64,000 nucleotides of DNA from Rubripirellula sp. (GTDB lineage: Bacteria > Planctomycetota > Planctomycetia > Pirellulales > Pirellulaceae): positions 3,872,001-3,936,000 of the forward strand of contig OZ244207.1 in the NCBI GenBank assembly GCA_965216875.1, written 5' to 3'. Shown here one piece after another: positions 51,527-59,453 of this stretch. Both the position numbers and the translations under genes were made by a program. Below the pieces are notes generated by a model. The model did no database searches and was not told the origin of the DNA. It worked only from the letters and a program-made list of their open reading frames with translations. Position 1 is the stretch's first letter. Every line of letters starts with the position of its first letter.

Positions 51527-52855
51527 TTAGGAAATCGGATCGAGCTGCAACGCCGACCCCGCCTCGGTGAAGATGGTCTGCGCGCGGTCGGGACCGACCG
51601 AAAGCACGCCAACTTCAACACCAACAAGCTCTTCGATTCGCTTGACGTAATCGAGCGCACCTGCAGGGAACTCTTCGACACGGCGCACATGATCGACAGG
51701 TTCTTTCCAACCTGGAATCGTCTCATAAATCGGCTTGCAGCGTCGCAGCAGTTCGGCGTGGCTTGGCAACCGCTCAATACGCTGGCCGTCCAATTCGTAC
51801 GCCACACAAACCTTCAATTCATCGAGGTGGGCGAGCACGTCCATCATCATCAATGCGAGCCGAGTCACGCCGCTCAAACGAGCGGTGTAGCGAACCGCGA
51901 CCGCGTCGAACCAACCACAACGACGTGGTCGGCCGGTGGTCGTGCCAAATTCGTTGCCAAGTGTTCGAATCCGCTCGCCGATCTCATCGTCCAGTTCGGT
52001 GGGGAAGGGGCCGCCACCGACACGCGTGCTGTAAGCCTTGCACACACCAAGGGTGTGATTGATCCAGCGCGGCGGAACACCTGCCCCCGCACACACGCCC
52101 ACGCCACTACTGTTGCTGCTGGTCACAAATGGGAAGGTGCCGTGATCGATATCAAGCAGTGCGCCTTGGGCACCTTCGAAAAGAAGCTTCTTGTCTTCTT
52201 CGGCTGCGTCGAGCAAAAAGTCGGTGGTGTCGCCAATCATCCCATCAAGACGCTCGGCCCATGATGCCGCGAGGGCAACCACTTTGTCCGGAGCGATCGA
52301 TTCAAGGTCTTCCTTGGGAGCCCCCATGCCCTCCAAGATCGCCACCTTCTGCTCGGCGACGGTTCGAATGCGGTCATCGCGAGTCGATTCGACCAAGTCG
52401 GCCATCCGAATCGCGTGGGTGCGTCCGACTTTGTCGCGATAGCAGGGGCCAATCCCACGGTTGGTCGTCCCAATCGACTCACCGCGAACCGCAGTCGCAT
52501 TGATGAAACGGTCCTCGGCGATGTGCCAAGGCATCACCAAATGAGCCCGCTCGCTGATGCGCAAATTCTTGCGGCAATCGATGCCCCGACCAGCCAGTCC
52601 GTCGATTTCATCGAGCATTGTGGCGGGGTTAATGACCACCCCAGGGGTGATCAGATTCTGCACGTCACCGTGCAAAATCCCGCTTGGGATGTGGTGCAAC
52701 TTGTACGTTTGGTCACCTGCCACGACCGTATGGCCGGCATTCGCACCACCCTGATAGCGAACGACGAGGTCAAATTGCGGGGCAAGCAGGTCGACAAGCT
52801 TTCCCTTTGCTTCGTCGCCCCACTGAAGACCAATGACACAGGTTCCCGACACCAA
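51527..52855 (-). CDS. purA: Adenylosuccinate synthetase
   Basis: [71 protein letters not shown]. Confidence 0.98.
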   Translation of the reverse strand: MVSGTCVIGLQWGDEAKGKLVDLLAPQFDLVVRYQGGANAGHTVVAGDQTYKLHHIPSGILHGDVQNLITPGVVINPATMLDEIDGLAGRGIDCRKNLRISERAHLVMPWHIAEDRFINATAVRGESIGTTNRGIGPCYRDKVGRTHAIRMADLVESTRDDRIRTVAEQKVAILEGMGAPKEDLESIAPDKVVALAASWAERLDGMIGDTTDFLLDAAEEDKKLLFEGAQGALLDIDHGTFPFVTSSNSSGVGVCAGAGVPPRWINHTLGVCKAYSTRVGGGPFPTELDDEIGERIRTLGNEFGTTTGRPRRCGWFDAVAVRYTARLSGVTRLALMMMDVLAHLDELKVCVAYELDGQRIERLPSHAELLRRCKPIYETIPGWKEPVDHVRRVEEFPAGALDYVKRIEELVGVEVGVLSVGPDRAQTIFTEAGSALQLDPIS

Positions 52856-53036
52856 TCAGCTCCCAAAAGATAGGTTTGCAGCGCCTCGAGCGCAAACGCA
52901 AAAGCCTAAGCAGAGGCCATTTGATTGGCAATGGGGAGCCGTTTGGGATTCACCGTGTTTCGTGTTCCGGCCTTTACGCGGAACGCCCGAAGATTCCACC
53001 AAAAGGCGGGAAGACGAACGGGGGCAGGCTCTCGGC

Positions 53037-53945
53037 TCACTTGGAAGTCGCCAATCCCCATATCGCCTGGTCGGCTTGTTTGATCAGCGGATCGAATTGG
53101 GGGATCTCCACGGCGTTGTTGCCCTGCTCATGCTTGCGGAACAGGAAGAGATAAGTCTCGTTTTGTGGCCGATAGCGATGAAAGAAAAGCTGGTTCTTTT
53201 CGACGATTTTTTCCCTCAAGTCGACGTGGTCTCCCTGGCAGGGTTCGCCACCGACCAGTTGGTCGGCAACGGATTGCGCGAATTTCTGGTATCCCAGCGA
53301 ACTTGGAAGCAGTTGGTCTTCGGTCATCTCGCCCGGCGACGGCACCCAATTGAGTTCAACGACGGGCGTCTTTGTTTCTCGGCCGACGCTTCCCACGATT
53401 TGACGACAACGCTGCATCGAAGCTTGATAGTCTTCGACGCGAAAGCCCGAGAAGGGCACAGGGGGCAAAAGGATCACCCGCCGATCGTCTTTTGCAACTT
53501 CAGCGATGAGCTTGCGCAATCCTTGCTCAAAACGATTGACCGCGGGCTCGCCGTCACTGGCTTCCGAAAACCCATAAGCGACCAACACCACGGTTGGGTC
53601 TGCGGTTTCGATGTCGGCAAGCAACCGCTTGAAACCATCGGCTGGACCGTCAAACCGCTTGCGAGCGATCCCGTGCACATCGTCTCCGGACCATCCAAGG
53701 TTCCGAAACGACAGCGTCCAGTCAGGACGACGACATTGCAGCTCGGCCTCAAGATGGCCACTTGCCTGCATTCGTTCCACGAAGGTTCCGCCCAGGACGG
53801 CAACGCGATCGCCGGCCCTCAACAGCGGGCCTTCGCCATAGGCATACGGCACGAGGCCAAAACTGAACAGAAGGACGAGGCCACAACACAGCCCAACTCG
53901 GCCGGGCATCGCAGATCGTTGGGGATTTGCAAATCGGTGGGGCAT
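53037..53945 (-). CDS. SGNH/GDSL-fold exported protein with degenerate catalytic residues
   Basis: GDRVAVLGGT, FRNLGWSGDDV, PTVVLVAYG; C-terminal FFHRYRPQNETYLFLFRKHEQGNN..EIPQFDPL. Confidence 0.75.
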   Translation of the reverse strand: MPHRFANPQRSAMPGRVGLCCGLVLLFSFGLVPYAYGEGPLLRAGDRVAVLGGTFVERMQASGHLEAELQCRRPDWTLSFRNLGWSGDDVHGIARKRFDGPADGFKRLLADIETADPTVVLVAYGFSEASDGEPAVNRFEQGLRKLIAEVAKDDRRVILLPPVPFSGFRVEDYQASMQRCRQIVGSVGRETKTPVVELNWVPSPGEMTEDQLLPSSLGYQKFAQSVADQLVGGEPCQGDHVDLREKIVEKNQLFFHRYRPQNETYLFLFRKHEQGNNAVEIPQFDPLIKQADQAIWGLATSK

Positions 53946-54242
53946 GGCAAATCGGAGGGCAGGAGTGAGGTGGGATTGATCGGAGGAGGAGCAAGTTTAA
54001 CTCAAGGTGCATGCGGCTGCGTCACCGACCGGCTGGAAATTGCTCCGTAATCGTCAAGCCTTGCCAAGCTTAGCCGACTGGTACGACCGGCGCTTGCCTA
54101 CGGAAAAGGACATGCAATGTCCGATGGATGGTGGTGTCGAGGCGAACCTGAACCCGTACCAGGTGCTCGCGGCGACCAAGAACGGAGCGATACCCGCGTC
54201 GCCTCCGTTTTTTCCATCGACCCAGGCTTGTGAAAGACAACC

Positions 54243-54422
54243 ATGTCTCCAACTCCGACTTCACACACCGCTGAAACCGAACCGGGACAATTGTTGATGG
54301 AACTCGAGCAGCGGCAGGACGAAGTCTTGGCTGAACTGGAACAGCTCGACAAACGCCTCAAAGAAGTCCTCGATGGACTCGGCGTGACTCTCGAAGAAGA
54401 AGTCAACGACGAATTGGTCTAA
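54243..54422 (+). CDS. Small acidic coiled-coil protein, 59 aa (absent from the ORF track)
   Basis: MSPTPTSHTAETEPGQLLMELEQRQDEVLAELEQLDKRLKEVLDGLGVTLEEEVNDELV*; GAAAGA upstream; heptad pattern. Confidence 0.7.
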   Translation: MSPTPTSHTAETEPGQLLMELEQRQDEVLAELEQLDKRLKEVLDGLGVTLEEEVNDELV

Positions 54423-54429
54423 CCACTGG

Positions 54430-54552
54430 CGGTTATGCTCCGCATGACACTCTTCGGCTTGAGCGTGAGCCACTGGCCGTGAGGCCTCGGGCCCTTTTGG
54501 TGGAATCCTCGTCGTGGAATCCTCGTCGTGGAATCCTCGTCGTGGAATCCTC
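54430..54552. repeat. Repeat cluster: F-like element, family A half, 14-bp tandem x4
   Basis: GGTTATGCTCCGCATGACA (54431-54449); CGTGAGCCACTGGCCGTGAGGCCTCGGGCCCT (54464-54495); GTGGAATCCTCGTC x about 4 (54500-54552). Confidence 0.8.
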
Positions 54553-54560
54553 TCGTTCGC

Positions 54561-56330
54561 CTAATCCTCGTTGCCTTTGGTCAGGTGACCGCTGCGATTG
54601 ATCGCAAGCAGCAACCACATCATCACGGTGATGCTTCCCATCACCCCGACGATGCCCAAAATGCTGAGCTGCTGGATTCCGATGACCGCTTCGTCCGGGA
54701 ACAAAACGGGCGGAACTTGGTAAGCGAGCATGAGTGACGAACCGAGAAAAACGGCACTCGACATCATGCCGAGCACCATGCGGTTCATTGTTGGCCCCAA
54801 TCGCTGATGCTCGAGTGTCATCTTGACCTCACCGCGACGTGCTTGCTGAAGCAGAGCGATGACTTGGTCCGGAGCCATCTCCATGAAGTTTTCGGCTTCC
54901 AAGTAGATACGTCGTGCCTGCCGCAACCGACGACTCGGGCTGAGCCGACGAGCCATCGATTTGCGCATGAAGTCGCGCACGACTTCAAGTGAATCAAACC
55001 GCGCCCCAAGCTCGCGCAACGTGCCTTCGAGCGAAATCAGCATTTTGAGCAGCAACGCCGACTGATTGGGCAGCTTGATCTTGTGGCGGTGCAACAGGTC
55101 ACTCAAATCATTGAGCGCGCCGGTCAAGTCAAATTCACCAAGGTTCTGTTTGCCGTAGGTACCGATAAACTCGGCAACGTCGATCGCAAGCGCCGATTCA
55201 TCGAGCGTCGGGGGTGCATCACCGATTCGGCAAATCAATCGCGTGAGTCGGTTTTGGTCACCCGACGAAATCGCAATCAACATCTCTTCGATCGTTTCAC
55301 GCAGGTTCTCGTCGATCCGGCCAATCATGCCAAAGTCGAGAATACCAAGTTTGCCATCTTCGAGAACGATCAAGTTTCCGGTGTGCGGGTCAGCATGAAA
55401 CAACGCTTCATCAAAAAGCATCGTCAGATAGACCCGAGCGATCGTTTCGGACAAACGCTGATTGTGTGACCGATTTGCCAGGAACTCGGCTTCCCCGGCA
55501 AGCTCTTCACTGATCCCGGTGCCAGTCGCCTGTGGGTCCGAGCCGGCCTCGCGTTTTTCGAGCAAGAAGTTTGCCAGCGATTTGCCGACCAATTCCTCCA
55601 TCACCAAAACGCGGCGAGTGCAAAGCGGAACGATTGGCCTGGGGATTTTGACGTCGACCTTGTGCCGGTCAAACATCTCGGCAAAGTGTTCAAGATTTTG
55701 CCGTTCGCGACTGAAGTCAAGTTCGCGCTGCAGCATTGGTGCAAACTGGCGCATCATTTCACTTGGCCGCCAGGCAGCGAAGGTTTCGACTCGCTCGGCA
55801 AGCTGAGCCAACCCAACCAGAACTTCGATATCCTGGCGCATCGTCCGTTCGATATCGTGACGAATGACCTTGATGACGACGTGAGTGCCATCGTTCAAAA
55901 CGGCGCGATGCACCTGACCGATCGAGGCGGTCGCAAGCGGCTTGGGATCAATGCTTTGGAAATGACTGCGGTAGTCGTCACCCAGTTCTTCACGAAGCGT
56001 GTCGCGGACTTGGTCGATATCGTCGGGCCGAACATCTGCCCGCAGCAATTTCAGCTCCTCGCCAAGTTTGGGGCCAACCAAATCGGGGCGTGCAGCAAGG
56101 ACTTGGCCCAACTTGATAAAGGTGGGACCAAGATCGGTCAGCGCCATTCGCACGCGCTGCTCGCTGGAGTACTGTGAAAGGGGGACGCCGCCACGGTCCT
56201 TGAGTGCATCGCGAAAGGGAAGGCGGAAACGTGTCAGCCAGTCAGCCAGACCGTAGCGACGCAGCACCGCCAGGATCTCCCGCCACCGCTTCAAATTGCG
56301 GTACAGTTGTGGGATCGCGGTGATTTTCAT
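54561..56330 (-). CDS. ABC1/AarF (UbiB-like) atypical kinase
   Basis: LGPTFIKLGQ, PLATASIGQVHRA, VVIKV, RELDF..E, FHADPHTGN, LDFGMIG; C-terminal TMs. Confidence 0.93.
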   Translation of the reverse strand: MKITAIPQLYRNLKRWREILAVLRRYGLADWLTRFRLPFRDALKDRGGVPLSQYSSEQRVRMALTDLGPTFIKLGQVLAARPDLVGPKLGEELKLLRADVRPDDIDQVRDTLREELGDDYRSHFQSIDPKPLATASIGQVHRAVLNDGTHVVIKVIRHDIERTMRQDIEVLVGLAQLAERVETFAAWRPSEMMRQFAPMLQRELDFSRERQNLEHFAEMFDRHKVDVKIPRPIVPLCTRRVLVMEELVGKSLANFLLEKREAGSDPQATGTGISEELAGEAEFLANRSHNQRLSETIARVYLTMLFDEALFHADPHTGNLIVLEDGKLGILDFGMIGRIDENLRETIEEMLIAISSGDQNRLTRLICRIGDAPPTLDESALAIDVAEFIGTYGKQNLGEFDLTGALNDLSDLLHRHKIKLPNQSALLLKMLISLEGTLRELGARFDSLEVVRDFMRKSMARRLSPSRRLRQARRIYLEAENFMEMAPDQVIALLQQARRGEVKMTLEHQRLGPTMNRMVLGMMSSAVFLGSSLMLAYQVPPVLFPDEAVIGIQQLSILGIVGVMGSITVMMWLLLAINRSGHLTKGNED

Positions 56331-56438
56331 GTCTTAAAAACGGTCGGTAAGAAGCGGTCGATGAGGACGACGGACGAGTCGCGTTCCATTGTGATTGGTA
56401 TTTTGTAATTCGCGATTCGAACGAGGATCTTTTCTCTG

Positions 56439-57980
56439 GTGTGGTGGCAACCTCTCAATTTGACCCTGCAATTGATGGCCGTATCGGTCGTCATTTCGGG
56501 CGCAATTGGTATTCCTGCCGCCTGGGCCGCGTCGAGTTTGCCCTCCTGTGGCCGTTTGGGACGCGTGGTCGCAACGGTTTTTCTTGCTGCGATGATTGCA
56601 GCGGTTGCGATGCCAATGATTCTTCATGCCGCAGCCTGGGAAGCAACCGCGGGCAAATTCGGCTGGTTGCCGCTGACACAAACAGGAAATCGAGCAAGTG
56701 GCATCGGCGCGTTCGGAGCCTTTGGGGGTCTGACCGCGTGCGGTTGGATCCACGGGCTTGTCGGTAGCGCCATCGTCGCCCTGGCAACTTGGATGGGTGT
56801 GCGCCGCGTTCCTGCGGCGGTGATCGCTCAAAGCCAACTCGAAGTCGGACCGGTCGCTTGTTGGTGGAAAGTACGATTGCCAATCGCGTTGCCATGGGTG
56901 GTCACGTCGCTGTTGGCGGTGGCTGCGATGGCGGCGACCGAGATGACGGTCGCCGACCTGTATCGTTATCGCACCATCGCCGACGAGTTCTACTTGTTCT
57001 ACGCAAGCGACGTGTCGCTGCCGGCCATCATGATGATGCTGTTTCTGCCAATCGTTTTTGCCGCCCTGATCATCATGCTGCTCGCCGTCTGGCGTCGCCG
57101 TCAAACACTGGTCAAGAGTGATCGTGACACGACAGCGATTCAAACAACACCGTTGCCATTGCCGGCTCGGATGGTCGCGTACTTCGTTGCAATCACCGCA
57201 GCTCTGTTGGTCGTTGCGATCCCCGTCGTTGGGCTGGTGATCAAAGCAGGGCACCATGTGGTGGTCGAGGGCGAAACGCGGACGGCGACTTGGTCGATCG
57301 GCCAAAGCGCCGAGACGCTAGCGATGGCTCCCACGAGTTTTGCGTCCGAATACAAGTGGACGTTCATCGTTGCATTGATGGCGGGTTCGACGGCGGTCGT
57401 GATTGGCTGGATCGCCGCTGCCTTTGGCCGGACGAATCCCAAAGTGGGCAAAGTCTTTGACCTGCTCTCGATCCTGTTGGTTTTGGTTCCCGGGCCAATC
57501 GTTGGCTTGATCATCGTCCAGCTATTTCAGTTGCCCGTCCCGGGGTTTCGAACCCTTTACCAGCAGACACTCGTCCCGACGGTTTTGGGACTCCTCTTTC
57601 GAGCAGCACCGGCTGCGTACTGGATCTTGCGATCTGGCTATGCCGGCATTTCCGATGGCGTCTTGGACGCGGCGCGACTCGAGCGGTCGACACTTGCCCG
57701 CTGGTGGGCCATTGACCGCACCGCATTGGGTCACGTCTTGGTCGGGGCCTTTTTGGCATCGGCAATCGTGGCGTCGGGGGATGTGCCAGTCACGCTTCCA
57801 GTCTTGCCGCCAGGGGTTACAACCGTTGGAACTCGCCTATTCGGACTCCTTCACAGCGGTGCTCGCTATCAGGAGGCGTCGTTGGCCCTTTGGTACGTCG
57901 GCGCCGTCGTGTTTACTGCAATGATCTGGCTGAAGTGGTCTTCGGCAAGACATGCTAGAATAGCTTCGGGCGATCAGTAG
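56439..57980 (+). CDS. ABC transporter permease, FbpB/ThiP-like double-domain type
   Basis: About 12 TM in two halves; EAA-like loop GVLDAARLE; PPGVTTVG. Confidence 0.75.
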   Translation: MWWQPLNLTLQLMAVSVVISGAIGIPAAWAASSLPSCGRLGRVVATVFLAAMIAAVAMPMILHAAAWEATAGKFGWLPLTQTGNRASGIGAFGAFGGLTACGWIHGLVGSAIVALATWMGVRRVPAAVIAQSQLEVGPVACWWKVRLPIALPWVVTSLLAVAAMAATEMTVADLYRYRTIADEFYLFYASDVSLPAIMMMLFLPIVFAALIIMLLAVWRRRQTLVKSDRDTTAIQTTPLPLPARMVAYFVAITAALLVVAIPVVGLVIKAGHHVVVEGETRTATWSIGQSAETLAMAPTSFASEYKWTFIVALMAGSTAVVIGWIAAAFGRTNPKVGKVFDLLSILLVLVPGPIVGLIIVQLFQLPVPGFRTLYQQTLVPTVLGLLFRAAPAAYWILRSGYAGISDGVLDAARLERSTLARWWAIDRTALGHVLVGAFLASAIVASGDVPVTLPVLPPGVTTVGTRLFGLLHSGARYQEASLALWYVGAVVFTAMIWLKWSSARHARIASGDQ

Positions 57981-58038
57981 TCCCTCTGCGACCCATGTCG
58001 CTGTGTGGCCACGATCAACACCAGAGTCCTTTTCATCG

Positions 58039-59115
58039 ATGAGCGCTATGCCACGGTTGGTACTTTCACTCTGCTTTTCGTTCGCATTGATCGCGGTCAC
58101 CTCAGCGGCCGAGAAGATCACCTTCAACGATTCGGGCAAACAGCGGACAATCAATGCCGAAATCTTGGTCGAAGCCCAAGACGGTGGGTTGATGGTCCAA
58201 TCCGACGAAGGACGCATCTGGATCATCCAGCCCGAGAACATCAAGCAACGTGAATCAGATGATGCCCCGCTCGAACCGATCGACACCAAGACCATGCAGA
58301 AGCGGCTGCTCGAAGAATTGCCGCAAGGATTCAAGGTCTACCGAACCCAACACTATGTGATCGCTTACAACAGTAGCGAAGCGTACGCAAAACGTGTGGC
58401 GGTCTTATTCGAACAACTCCACCGCGGCTTCTTCACTTATTGGGAGAACCTGGGTTGGGACCTACCCGAGCCACGATTCCCCCTGGTAGGACTTGTGTTT
58501 GCCGACCACCGAAGCTTCCTCGCCCACTCACGAGCTGAAATCGGAGAGACCGCAAACAACTTGATCGGTTACTACCACTTGGAAAGTAACCGCATGACCA
58601 CTTTCAACGTTCCGAACTGGGAACGCAACGCGGCGACGATCATTCACGAAGCCACCCATCAACTCGCGTACAACTGTGGGCTGCAACGACGTTTTGCCGA
58701 CAACCCGATGTGGGTCAGTGAAGGGCTGGCAACTTTCTTCGAATCGCCTGATCGTCGAAACCCAAACAAGTGGCAACGCGTTGGCCGTGTGAACCAAGTG
58801 CAGCTGGCTCGATTCCGAAGCTTTCTCAAACAGCGTCCTGCCGAATCACTGACAACCCTGCTCGCCAACGACGATCGATTCCGTGACGCGCGAACTTCCG
58901 GTGGCGCCTATGCCGAAGGTTGGGCACTGACCTACTTCCTGATCAAGACGCGCCGTGAAGCATACGTCGATTACTTGAAGCGTCTCAGCGAAGGACGCCC
59001 GCTTGCCGAGCAAACCGAGCGTGAGCGGATCGAGATGTTTGAAGAGGCCTTCGGCGGATCCGTTGCCGAAATCGACAAAGCAATGTTGATGTACATTCGC
59101 CGAGTCCGCGGGTAA
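58039..59115 (+). CDS. DUF1570 domain-containing zincin-like exported protein
   Basis: Signal peptide; TIIHEATHQLAYNCGL, PMWVSEGLATFFE, YAEGWALTYFL. Confidence 0.85.
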   Translation: MSAMPRLVLSLCFSFALIAVTSAAEKITFNDSGKQRTINAEILVEAQDGGLMVQSDEGRIWIIQPENIKQRESDDAPLEPIDTKTMQKRLLEELPQGFKVYRTQHYVIAYNSSEAYAKRVAVLFEQLHRGFFTYWENLGWDLPEPRFPLVGLVFADHRSFLAHSRAEIGETANNLIGYYHLESNRMTTFNVPNWERNAATIIHEATHQLAYNCGLQRRFADNPMWVSEGLATFFESPDRRNPNKWQRVGRVNQVQLARFRSFLKQRPAESLTTLLANDDRFRDARTSGGAYAEGWALTYFLIKTRREAYVDYLKRLSEGRPLAEQTERERIEMFEEAFGGSVAEIDKAMLMYIRRVRG

Positions 59116-59139
59116 CGCTCGTTGCAAGACGCCGAACCC

Positions 59140-59424
59140 GTGAGCCGCGATCGCGTGAGCGGCCGGGCATTGCACAGAACGTCTCGTGAGCCGAACGCGC
59201 TAGCGTCGGGCCTTACACTCTATTTCATGTTAGGCAAGCGATTGTCATGCGGAGCATGACCTACGGAGAGGACGCGGAGCGTCCGAAGACCCCGTTACCA
59301 CGCGGAGCGGGGTAACGAGGGCGGAACGGCTGTGAGCCGAACGCGCTAGCTAGCCTCTTGCCGCTCACCTGTAAGCAGCGCACGTGCCGGATCCGCGTCG
59401 CTGTTGCTCCTTGATCCGGCCTAC
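59140..59424. repeat. Mosaic of REP-like elements from five families between convergent genes
   Basis: A half at 59140; C at 59186; F at 59243; hairpins GGACGCGGAGCGTCC and CGTTACCACGCGGAGCGGGGTAACG at 59270-59317; C half at 59332; E at 59383. Confidence 0.85.
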
Positions 59425-59453
59425 GCTGGTTTCGGCAAAGTCACGTTACCACG

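Noticed and set aside
52833..54050. 405-aa plus-strand ORF
   Set aside because: Antisense to the SGNH-fold gene, which carries the recognisable motifs
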